Assembly: GCA_022844015.1 (NCBI GenBank)
Contig: JALHMO010000055.1
Location: 8,305 to 32,304, forward strand
DNA length: 24,000 bases
Source: Reyranella sp.
Lineage (GTDB): Bacteria; Pseudomonadota; Alphaproteobacteria; Reyranellales; Reyranellaceae
Direction of reading: 5' to 3'
Part shown: positions 7,923 through 15,755 of the stretch, piece by piece
How positions within the stretch are numbered: position 1 is the stretch's first letter
How the letters are laid out: the number at the start of each line of letters is the position of its first letter
Notes under the pieces: generated by a model
Seen by the model: the letters and a program-made list of their open reading frames with translations, nothing else
Databases searched by the model: none
Told to the model about the DNA's origin: nothing
Position numbers and translations under genes: made by a program

Positions 7923-9097
7923 GGTCGCGCCTCCGCAGCGTCGTGTTCGTAGAGCCAGGCAATGTTGTCGAATGACCGGTCGCCCGACGTGGCCATGGCG
8001 TGATCGCGCTTCTGCTGGTCCGGCCCGTCGGGCAGATGGAAGCGCATGCGGTTGGCGGCGCTCGCCTCCTGCAGCCGCGTGGCGCGCGGCTTGCGCACGT
8101 CCTCGTAGCGCCGCAGCGCTGCCGGCACGTCGTCCGGCATCGCCTTCAGGAGCGTGGCGAGCGCCGCGCCGTCCTCGATCGCCTGGGCGGCGCCCTGCGC
8201 CATCATGGGCAGCATGGGATGACAGGCATCGCCCAGCAGGGTGACCCGCCCCTGCGACCAGCGCGGCAGCGGCAGACGATCGTGCAGGGCCCAGATGAAG
8301 GTCTCGGGGAAGGCGGAGATCAGGCCGCGCACCGTGGGGTGCCAGCCGTCGTACAGCGCCAGCACGTCCTCGACGCGGCCCTTGTCGGTCCACGATTCGC
8401 TGGTCCACGCGCCGTGCTCGACGACGCAGACCACGTTCATGAACCGCCCTGCCGAGACCCAGTAATGCACGCAATGGGCCCCCGGCCCCATCCAGTTGTG
8501 CGACGCCACCTCGATGTCGAGATGGCCGATCCGCTCGGCCGGCACCAGGCCGCGCCACGCCACGCAACCGGTGAAGCGCGGCTTCTCGGGACCGAACACC
8601 AGGTGGCGGACGCGGCTGTGAATGCCGTCGGCGCCGATCAGCAGGTCGGCCTCGGCCGAGGCCCCGTTGTCGAAGCGAGCGACGATCCGGCTGCCCCTCT
8701 CCTGCAAGTCGACGAGACGGTGGCCGGCATGGGCTCGCTCGGTCGGAATCGCCTCGGCCAGCAGAGCCGCCAGATCGCCGCGATGAAAATGAAAGTATGG
8801 CGCGCCGAACCGCGCCTCGACGTCCGGCCCGAGCAGGGCACGCTGCAGCGTGCGGGCGTCGTCCCAGCGCTTCTGATGGACCGCGCGGGGCCGCACGCCG
8901 TAGCGATCCATCGCCGCCGCCAGCCCATAGCGATAGAGCAGCCGCGCCGCGTTCGGGCTGATCTGGATACCGGCGCCGATCTCACCGAACCTGGCCGCCT
9001 GCTCGTAGACCTGCACGTCGAAGCCCTCGCGCAGCAGGGCAAGGGCAGCCGACAGGCCGCCGATGCCGCCTCCGACGATGGCGACGCTGAGCGTCAT
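7919..9097 (-). CDS. FAD-dependent aromatic monooxygenase, salicylate-hydroxylase/3-hydroxybenzoate-6-hydroxylase-like (group A flavoprotein)
   Basis: ORF 7919..9169 trimmed to the ATG at 9097 (MTLSVAIVGGGIGGLSAA = GxGxxG), which overlaps the upstream stop in an ATGA (9094-9097). It also has DLLIGADGIHSRVR (DG motif) and LLGDACHPMLPMMAQGAAQAIEDG (GD motif). Confidence 0.85.
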   Translation of the reverse strand: MTLSVAIVGGGIGGLSAALALLREGFDVQVYEQAARFGEIGAGIQISPNAARLLYRYGLAAAMDRYGVRPRAVHQKRWDDARTLQRALLGPDVEARFGAPYFHFHRGDLAALLAEAIPTERAHAGHRLVDLQERGSRIVARFDNGASAEADLLIGADGIHSRVRHLVFGPEKPRFTGCVAWRGLVPAERIGHLDIEVASHNWMGPGAHCVHYWVSAGRFMNVVCVVEHGAWTSESWTDKGRVEDVLALYDGWHPTVRGLISAFPETFIWALHDRLPLPRWSQGRVTLLGDACHPMLPMMAQGAAQAIEDGAALATLLKAMPDDVPAALRRYEDVRKPRATRLQEASAANRMRFHLPDGPDQQKRDHAMATSGDRSFDNIAWLYEHDAAEARP

Positions 9098-10671
9098 GCG
9101 TGCTCCCTCGTTGGCGCGGCCAATCCGCCATCGAGGACCTGCGCCCAGACGGCGGCGCCGTCGCGACACGCGTTGCCGCGCCAGGCGACGTGCGTGTCGG
9201 GCCGCACCAGCACCAGATTCGCCTCGTAGATCGGCGCGATCGACGGATCGTCGACGATCGCCGTCTCGAGCGGTACCGGCGCGGCATCGATCAGCGGCGA
9301 CGGATCAGAGTCGCCGAAGCGCAGCAGCGTGAACCATGGACCCAGCCGATCGTAGAGCGCGCTGCCGTCGTGCAGGAACACGCTGGGCAGGCGCGCGCCG
9401 GGCGCGGTGGTCGGCCGATAGGCCACGGGATCGCCATCGACGCCGTCATAGCGGTAACCGAGCTCGATGCCCCAGCTCTCGTTCTCGGCGTTGCCGAGCC
9501 GGGCGATGCCCTGCCCCAGCGCATCGGGATCGGCCACGGTCCGGTAGAGGTTGGCGATCGCGATCCTGACATCGGTGTGGCGCTCGGAGGCGCGGCGGTT
9601 GCGCAAACCGACCGGCCGGCGCTCGCCTTCGTAGGAGGCGAGCAGGCCGGTCCTCGCGAAGCCCCTGAGCGTCGCCGCGAGCTTCCAGCCGAGATCGACC
9701 GCATCGCCGATCCCGGTGTTCATGCCGTAGCCTCCCGTCGGGATGTATTGATGCGCGGCATCGCCTGCCAGGAACACGCGCCCGCTGCCATAGCGCTCGG
9801 CCACCAGCAGATGCGTGAACCAGGGATTGGCGACCAGGATGTCGCGCGCGAATGGACGGCCGGCCCAGGCATCCAGCGTCGCGTGAGGATCGATGGCCGC
9901 CGGATCGACGCCGGCCGGCGGCCGCGTCTGCAGGGTCCAGGTGTCGACGTCGTCCTGCGCGATCAGCGTCCCCTTGTCGGTCTGGTAGTGCCAGGCGATG
10001 CCGAACGACTGCAGCAGGTCGCGCGCCTCGGAGCGGAAATGGATCATGTAGCGATGCGCCACGGCGGCCTTTCCTTCGAGGCCGATACCGAGCCTCTCGC
10101 GCACCGTGCTCGAGCCGCCATCGCAGCCGGCGAGGAAATCGCAGCGCACCGTCTCGCTGGCGCCGGTCTCCGTCGTGCGCAGCGTCGCCGTCACGCCCGA
10201 CCCGTCCTGCTCGAAATCCTCGAACGCGACGCCCCAGCGGGCCTCGACCAGCGGGTCATCGACGATCGCCCGGCGCAGCACCGGCTCGATCACGGCCTGG
10301 CTCACCCGCATCGCCGGCTCGCGAGGCTGGGCGCCGTCGTTGTTCCGACGGATCTCGGCCCGCTTCGCGGTCACGCTGGGATAGCGGAAGCGATGCAGCT
10401 CGCGGCCGCCCGCCTCGCGGGCAAGCGAGGTGATCCAGGAGACGTCGAAATTGTTGTCCTCGGCGACGCCGACAGCACGCAGCTCGTCGACCAGACCGAG
10501 CCGGCGGAACAGCTCCATCGAGCGGCCGTTGGTGATGTCCATCTTGGGATGACGGGTCGTCGAGGCATTGCGCTCGACCAGCAGGCAGCGCACGCCGAAC
10601 GACGCGAGCGTGCGCGCAAGCGTCATGCCGACCGGCCCGCCACCTGCGATCAGCACGGGCACACGCTTCAT
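9094..10671 (-). CDS. FAD-binding aromatic-ring hydroxylase, PheA/TfdB family
   Basis: ORF 9094..10713 trimmed to the ATG at 10671 (MKRVPVLIAGGGPVGMTLA). It has FLAGCDGGSSTVR and FLAGDAAHQYIPTGGYGMNTGIGDAVDLGWKL, plus a C-terminal thioredoxin-like tail (..LVRPDTHVAWRG) typical of the roughly 530-aa phenol-hydroxylase-type enzymes. Confidence 0.85.
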   Translation of the reverse strand: MKRVPVLIAGGGPVGMTLARTLASFGVRCLLVERNASTTRHPKMDITNGRSMELFRRLGLVDELRAVGVAEDNNFDVSWITSLAREAGGRELHRFRYPSVTAKRAEIRRNNDGAQPREPAMRVSQAVIEPVLRRAIVDDPLVEARWGVAFEDFEQDGSGVTATLRTTETGASETVRCDFLAGCDGGSSTVRERLGIGLEGKAAVAHRYMIHFRSEARDLLQSFGIAWHYQTDKGTLIAQDDVDTWTLQTRPPAGVDPAAIDPHATLDAWAGRPFARDILVANPWFTHLLVAERYGSGRVFLAGDAAHQYIPTGGYGMNTGIGDAVDLGWKLAATLRGFARTGLLASYEGERRPVGLRNRRASERHTDVRIAIANLYRTVADPDALGQGIARLGNAENESWGIELGYRYDGVDGDPVAYRPTTAPGARLPSVFLHDGSALYDRLGPWFTLLRFGDSDPSPLIDAAPVPLETAIVDDPSIAPIYEANLVLVRPDTHVAWRGNACRDGAAVWAQVLDGGLAAPTREHA

Positions 10672-10723
10672 GCGAACCGCGCGGGCGAACCGCGCATCAC
10701 GGCCGTCGCGCATACCATTTTCT

Positions 10724-10842
10724 CCGTCATCCCGAGCGAAGCCGAGCGGAGCGAGGCGCAGTCGAGGGACCTTTCTCTAGTCGACAGCAAGAGAGGTCCC
10801 TCCACTGCGCCTCGCTCCGCTCGGCTCCGGTCGGGATGACGG
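10724..10842. repeat. long imperfect palindromic (REP/MITE-like) intergenic element
   Basis: The arms are about 52 bp (10724-10777 and 10791-10842). By hand alignment they pair with 3 mismatches and one 2-nt indel around a 13-nt loop, tagtcgacagcaa. There is only one copy in this window. Its membership of a repeat family rests on my recollection of similar GTCATCCCGAGCGAAGC... elements in GC-rich soil Proteobacteria. Confidence 0.7.
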
Positions 10843-10958
10843 CTCTTTCTTGCAGATGCGATCGCCGCACGTCCGGCACGGAGCGGTTTCTCGCCCTCCG
10901 CAAAAGTGCGGGCGAGACGCCTCCGCGCGTCTTGCGGGCCCACGCGGTCCGACCCTGA

Positions 10959-12185
10959 TCACGCCCGCTGGGCTTCCTTCTCGGCCATCTTCTGCTTCAG
11001 CTGCTCGGGCGTGAGGCGGACGATGTGCTCGTTCTGATGGCTGTAGATGTCGTACTTCCCGACATCGAGATCCTCGAGCACGATCTCGCGCGCCAGCACC
11101 TTCTGCTTCCAGGCGGCGTGCTCGGCCTCGGCGGCGTGGAACTCCGGCATGACCTCGCGCGCGAACAACTCGAGCGACACGCAGATGTCCTTGTGGCTGG
11201 TCTTGCCGGCCTGGTTCAGCAGGATGACCTGGTCGACGCGGCTCTGCTGGAACTGGCGCAGCTTGCGGCGGATGGTCTCCGGCGAGCCGATCAGGCCCGA
11301 CTCGAGCGCCTTGCGCTCCTCCGGCCCGCCTTTCCAGCTCTGGTACTCCTCCCAGAGATTGGAGGTGCCCGGCGCGTCGACGCCCTTCCGGCCGTAGTAC
11401 GACAGCGCAAAGATGAAGAACGTCCAGCCGGCGGCCTTGGCTTCGGCCTCCGCGTCGGTCGGCGCGCACATGAATCCGGACACCATGGCGACGTTGGGAT
11501 TGCTCGGATACTCGGCGAGCTTCCGGGAGTTGTTCAGCAGGTTGTTGTAGTACTTGTGCACCCAGGCGCGCGCCGCCTCCGGCGTGACGAAGGTGAAGCC
11601 GAGCGCGCCCATGCCCCATTCGCCGGCCTTGCCGATGGTCTGGATGTTGGAGCAGGCGACCCACAGCGGCGGATGCGGCTTCTGGAACGGCTTGGGGATC
11701 ACGTTGCGCGCCGGGAAGTCGTAGTACTGGCCGTGGAACTCCCAGCTGTCGCGCGTGAACATCGGGACGATGGCCTTGACCGCCTCCTCCCAGCGCTCGC
11801 GCTTGTCGCGCACGCGGATGTTGAACGGATGCAGCTCGGCCGGTCCCGCCGCCTCGCCCATGCCTAGATCGACGCGTCCGCCCGACAGCAGGTCGAGGGT
11901 GGCGATGCGCTCGGCGACGCGGTGCGGCTGATTGGTGGTGAGCTGGACCACGCCATGTCCGAGCCTGATCCGCTTGGTGCGTTGGCTGGCCGCGCCGAGA
12001 AAGACCTCCGGCGCCGAGGAGTGCGAGTACTCCTCGAGGAAATGATGCTCGACCTCCCACGCGTAGTCGTAGCCCAACGCATCGGCCAGCTCGATCTGGG
12101 TCAATGAATCCTGCAGCAGCTGGTACTCGCTGCTCGGTCCCCAGGGACGTGGCAGCTGATGCTCGTAGAAAATGCCGAATTTCAT
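10959..12185 (-). CDS. LLM-class (luciferase-like) flavin-dependent monooxygenase
   Basis: 408-aa ORF with ATG at 12185 preceded by GGGAG. MKFGIFYEHQLPRPW......LGYDYAWEVEHHF..EYSHSSAPEVFL......T.RIRLGHGV is the classical bacterial-luciferase TIM-barrel N-terminus. Confidence 0.88.
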   Translation of the reverse strand: MKFGIFYEHQLPRPWGPSSEYQLLQDSLTQIELADALGYDYAWEVEHHFLEEYSHSSAPEVFLGAASQRTKRIRLGHGVVQLTTNQPHRVAERIATLDLLSGGRVDLGMGEAAGPAELHPFNIRVRDKRERWEEAVKAIVPMFTRDSWEFHGQYYDFPARNVIPKPFQKPHPPLWVACSNIQTIGKAGEWGMGALGFTFVTPEAARAWVHKYYNNLLNNSRKLAEYPSNPNVAMVSGFMCAPTDAEAEAKAAGWTFFIFALSYYGRKGVDAPGTSNLWEEYQSWKGGPEERKALESGLIGSPETIRRKLRQFQQSRVDQVILLNQAGKTSHKDICVSLELFAREVMPEFHAAEAEHAAWKQKVLAREIVLEDLDVGKYDIYSHQNEHIVRLTPEQLKQKMAEKEAQRA

Positions 12186-12218
12186 GTCCGCTCCCTCGCC
12201 TTCCTCTCGCCAGGCCGC

Positions 12219-13109
12219 TCAGGCCTTGGCTTGCCCGCAGAATGTCGCGATGCGCTCCACCAGGGTCGGCACCAGCGCATCCGGCATGTCATGGCCCCAT
12301 CCCGGATAGGTCTCGATCTCGGCGCCCGGCACCAGGCGCGCCACGTCGCGGCCGCACTCGACCGGCAACAAGGGATCCTCCTCGCCGTGCAGGACCAGCG
12401 TCGGCGCCCTCACCGTCTTCAGCAGCTCGACCCTGTTGCCCGAGGCGATGATCGCGAGGTACTGGCGCCCCGCACCCTCGGGATACCAGCGCCGATCGAT
12501 GTTGATGGCGACGAGTTCCCGCAAAGCGTCCTCGGAGGCGGGATAGCCGGGGCTGCCGATGGCCGCACGCACCTTCATGCCGTGGGCGATCAACTGATCG
12601 CGCGCCGGCCCGGACGGCAGCGCGGTCAGCATGGCCAGCGCCTCCGGCTTGCCGAGCGGCAGGCCCGGCCGGCCGCTGGTCGAGAAGATCGACACGAGGG
12701 AACGTGTCCGCTGCGGTGCCACGCCGGCGATCGTCTGGGCGATCATGCCGCCCATCGAGCCGCCGACGATATGCGCGCGGTCGATGCCCAGCGCATCGAG
12801 CAGTCCGGTCCCGTCCGCCGCCATGTCGCTCACCAGGTAAGGCGCCGCGACCTTCCTGCCGCCCATCGCATCGCGCAGCGCCCCGGCAATGTCCGGAGGC
12901 CCCCACGCGCCGAAATCCGTCGACAGGCCGCAATCGCGATTGTCATAGCGGACGACGAAGAACCCCTTGCCGGCCAATCCCTCGCAGAACGCCCTGGGCC
13001 ACAGGGTGAGTTGGGCGCCGAGACCCATGATGAGCAGCATCGCCGGATCGGCCCGGTTTCCGAATGTCTCGTACTCGATCTCGATGCCATTGGCCTTAGC
13101 CCGTGCCAC
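12219..13109 (-). CDS. alpha/beta-fold hydrolase
   Basis: 296-aa ORF with GTG start at 13109 preceded by a strong GAGGAGGG. It has the nucleophile elbow VGGSMGG (G-x-S-x-G), the oxyanion region LLIMGLG, and C-terminal ..VLHGEEDPL.. and ..GWGHD.. (catalytic Asp/His regions). Confidence 0.88.
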   Translation of the reverse strand: MARAKANGIEIEYETFGNRADPAMLLIMGLGAQLTLWPRAFCEGLAGKGFFVVRYDNRDCGLSTDFGAWGPPDIAGALRDAMGGRKVAAPYLVSDMAADGTGLLDALGIDRAHIVGGSMGGMIAQTIAGVAPQRTRSLVSIFSTSGRPGLPLGKPEALAMLTALPSGPARDQLIAHGMKVRAAIGSPGYPASEDALRELVAINIDRRWYPEGAGRQYLAIIASGNRVELLKTVRAPTLVLHGEEDPLLPVECGRDVARLVPGAEIETYPGWGHDMPDALVPTLVERIATFCGQAKA

Positions 13110-13313
13110 GCGCCCTCCTCGCTCGTTCTCACCTGTCGACCATGACTAGCGCGGCACCGATGAAACAGACAACTCATTCCGCCAACGTCGTAATGCTCGT
13201 ACTGATTGAGTGGACTTGATATTCATCCCTCGGATCGTGTACTTCATGCAGGTTCCATTTTTGTTCTATTCACAGGACCAAGGTGGTAGCCTTCGATCCA
13301 GGAGTTGGGTGCA

Positions 13314-14501
13314 ATGAAGGTTGCAGGACTATTTGCAGGCATTGGCGGCCTCGAGCTGGGGTTGCAGGCAGCCGGGCATGCGCCTGTCATGGCCTGCGAG
13401 ATTTGGGGGCCAGCTGCTGGCGTCCTGAAGGCCCACTTTCCCAAAGTTTCCAAGCGGCCAGACGTCAGGGAACTGAATTCCTTGCCACGCGCCGTAGACG
13501 TGCTCGCGGCAGGCTTCCCATGCCAGGACCTGTCTCAGGCAGGGCTGACCGCCGGCATCTCCGGCAAGAGATCTGGATTGGTCGACCATGTGTTTCGACT
13601 TCTCGACAATCGCCGCGTCGAGATTGTCATTCTCGAGAACGTTTCTTTCATGTTGTCCCTCGACAAAGGCGCCGCAATGGATCGCCTGACGAAGGCGTTC
13701 GAGGAGAGGGGCTACCGTTGGGCGTATCGAACCGTCAACTCACTGGCGTTTCTGCCACAACGCCGCGAGAGGGTGTTTTTGGTCGCGAGCGTCGGCGAGA
13801 TCGAGCCACAATCTGTGCTGTTCGCTGACGAGGTAAAGCCTTCCATCAGTCCGACCCGCCTGGATACCCACGCCCATGGGTTTTATTGGACAGAGGGTAC
13901 GCGCGGCCTGGGTTGGGCGCCGAACGCTGTGCCAACCTTGAAGAATGGGTCGACTATCGGCATTCCCTCCCCGCCGGCGATCCTGCTGCCTTCCGGAAAG
14001 ATCATCAAACCCGACATCAGGGACGCCGAGCGGCTGCAGGGCTTTCCCAGCGACTGGACTTCCTCTGCTCCAGAGAGGCAACGCTGGTCGCTCGTCGGAA
14101 ATGCCGTGTCGGTTCCCGTTGCCAAGTGGCTCGGAGAACGCCTGCAGATGCCTGGCCTGTACGAGCGCGACCGCGATCGCGATTGGTCGAGAAAGCCTGG
14201 TGCCTTTCCGCGGGCCGCGAGGTTCGATGGTAGTCGGCGGCACGTTGTCGAGATCAGTGACTTCCCGGCTTGGGTCCGCCGCCCCGATCTGCACGAATTC
14301 TTGCATCATCCCGGCGTACCGCTCTCCGAACGTGCAACCACCGGATTTCTCAAGCGCGCAGAAGCGTCGTCTCTTCGATTTGTGCCGGGATTCCTCGATG
14401 CGGTCCGTTTACATCTGCGAAAGATGGCAGATGCGCGACTGCAGGGTCAGATGGTCGAAGAGCGACTGCTCTCGCCAACGACTGCTCGGGCCGCAGCCTG
14501 A
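13314..14501 (+). CDS. DNA (cytosine-5)-methyltransferase
   Basis: ATG at 13314 lies 9 nt after AGGAG (13300-13304). All diagnostic m5C-MTase motifs appear in order: I LFAGIGG, IV GFPCQDLS, VI ENV, VIII QRRERVF, IX-region RDAERLQGFP, X GNAVSVP. Confidence 0.93.
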   Translation: MKVAGLFAGIGGLELGLQAAGHAPVMACEIWGPAAGVLKAHFPKVSKRPDVRELNSLPRAVDVLAAGFPCQDLSQAGLTAGISGKRSGLVDHVFRLLDNRRVEIVILENVSFMLSLDKGAAMDRLTKAFEERGYRWAYRTVNSLAFLPQRRERVFLVASVGEIEPQSVLFADEVKPSISPTRLDTHAHGFYWTEGTRGLGWAPNAVPTLKNGSTIGIPSPPAILLPSGKIIKPDIRDAERLQGFPSDWTSSAPERQRWSLVGNAVSVPVAKWLGERLQMPGLYERDRDRDWSRKPGAFPRAARFDGSRRHVVEISDFPAWVRRPDLHEFLHHPGVPLSERATTGFLKRAEASSLRFVPGFLDAVRLHLRKMADARLQGQMVEERLLSPTTARAAA

Positions 14502-14507
14502 GAAGGC

Positions 14508-14945
14508 ATGCCGCGCGGTACCTCGAGAGGAACCGATCCGCAGCGCAGCGCGCTAATGAAGCGCGTGCGTCAGAAGGGAACTCCGCTCGAGGTGGAAGTC
14601 GCCAGGATCTGCACTTCGTTGGGCCTGCGATACCGACGCAATGTCAAGTCATTGCCCGGGTCGCCCGATCTCGCGAACAAGACGGGAAAATGGGCCATCT
14701 TCGTGAACGGTTGCTTCTGGCATCATCACGCCAACTGCAGGTTGGCGACTATCCCGACACGAAATGCCCGCTTCTGGCAGCAAAAATTCTCGATGAACCG
14801 ACTACGAGACGCTCGCAAGATCCGGCAACTCGAGTGCCTGGGATTCCGGGTCGCGGTCGTCTGGCAATGCGAACTGGCCAAGAATCGTCGCATTGTCGGA
14901 CGCCTTTCAAATCTGGCCGAAGCGCGTATCGTAAAGGCCACGTAG
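14508..14945 (+). CDS. vsr: very short patch repair (T:G mismatch) endonuclease
   Basis: ATG at 14508 lies 6 nt after the methyltransferase stop. RSALMKRVRQKGTPLEVEV...LPGSPDL...AIFVNGCFWHHHANC...RNARFWQQKF..N..RD......LGFRV.VVWQCEL follows E. coli Vsr (..RSKNMRAI..DT..E..; ..LPGRPDF..; FTHGCFWHHHHC; ..FW..KI..N..RD). Confidence 0.92.
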   Translation: MPRGTSRGTDPQRSALMKRVRQKGTPLEVEVARICTSLGLRYRRNVKSLPGSPDLANKTGKWAIFVNGCFWHHHANCRLATIPTRNARFWQQKFSMNRLRDARKIRQLECLGFRVAVVWQCELAKNRRIVGRLSNLAEARIVKAT

Positions 14946-15755
14946 CCGGTCGATCATCGAGGTGTAGTGATAGACTTCGCCCGCCTGCGGTGCAGGATGT
15001 GCGGTCACGAGCTCGACCTTCGACCCGTCGTTGGGACAGTCGACTACCACGATACTCAGCGCGTCGTAGCCTTCGGTGCCTGCCTTCGATCTCCTCGGAA
15101 GCTGCTTCACCTTGTCCATCGTGATGTTCACCGACTTGGGTTGATCGTGAACGTTCCACTTTTCATTGTCCACGTGGTGCCTCTCGTTGCGGCCGGGACT
15201 CAGAAATTTCCGGGCGGCATTCACCATGACGAATCCGGCTGCGATTGCCAGATCGTGCGAACCGTGAATTGTCTGATGGCTGGAGTTCAGCTCGTCATAG
15301 AGTCGCGGGAGCGCCTTTTGGTGAGCGGTCATGCAGGCCTTCGCCTCCAAGGCGAGGAGGACGTTGCCCACGGGGGCTTGGCGTAACTCGGGCAGAGCCC
15401 GCAACTCGTCGAGCTCTCCTGCCGAGAGCTCGATTCTATGGTGCTCGGCCAATCCGGCCAAAGTGCGCGAACCCGCCTTCGCCGTGCTCGCCGGCAGGCT
15501 GATGACCAGATCGAGATCCTTCTTTCGGTCGTTTCGAAAGTCGCGCATCTCGTGGTTGATGCCGAAGCAAACCTTTCCCGATGCGACGTGCGCGCGGAAG
15601 AGATTCGATATGCGGAGCAGGTCGAAAACGATCGCCCAGCACGCGATCTTGGAGTGACGATCGCTTCGGCTGTGGTAGTTCCACGCGTTGCCGTGCTGGT
15701 CCTCGACCGAGGTCTTGGAAAGTGAGCGGACAAGGATCTCGGTGCCGGAAATCAT
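14907..15755 (-). CDS. hypothetical protein; candidate PD-(D/E)xK nuclease / type II restriction endonuclease partner of the adjacent methyltransferase
   Basis: 282-aa ORF with no competing frame, convergent with M-vsr. It contains KKD80-L-D82-LVIS, then about 55 aa later LLALE137-A-K139-ACMT, a D...ExK arrangement in hydrophobic strand-like contexts. I recognise no family. The function is inferred from context plus this motif only. Coding confidence is higher than functional confidence. Confidence 0.55.
   Translation of the reverse strand: MISGTEILVRSLSKTSVEDQHGNAWNYHSRSDRHSKIACWAIVFDLLRISNLFRAHVASGKVCFGINHEMRDFRNDRKKDLDLVISLPASTAKAGSRTLAGLAEHHRIELSAGELDELRALPELRQAPVGNVLLALEAKACMTAHQKALPRLYDELNSSHQTIHGSHDLAIAAGFVMVNAARKFLSPGRNERHHVDNEKWNVHDQPKSVNITMDKVKQLPRRSKAGTEGYDALSIVVVDCPNDGSKVELVTAHPAPQAGEVYHYTSMIDRLRGLYDTRFGQI

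Noticed and set aside
10724-10842. Interpreting the 119-bp hairpin as the intrinsic terminator of the LLM monooxygenase gene.
   Set aside because: On the transcribed (minus) strand the stem is followed by agaaaatgg rather than a U-tract, and the stem is far longer than typical terminators. It is kept as a REP/MITE-like element instead.
13191-13212. TAATGCTCG-tac-TGATTGAGT upstream of the methyltransferase, superficially like the nadE boxes.
   Set aside because: Only the left half resembles TTATGCTCA. The right half does not form the palindrome, so this is probably chance in an AT-richer tract.
13141-13313. A search for a sigma70 promoter or a controller (C) protein gene upstream of the methyltransferase.
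   Set aside because: Several weak -35/-10 combinations exist (e.g. TTGATA...GTACTT), but none has good hexamers with 16-18 nt spacing. No small HTH ORF is present. I therefore make no promoter call.
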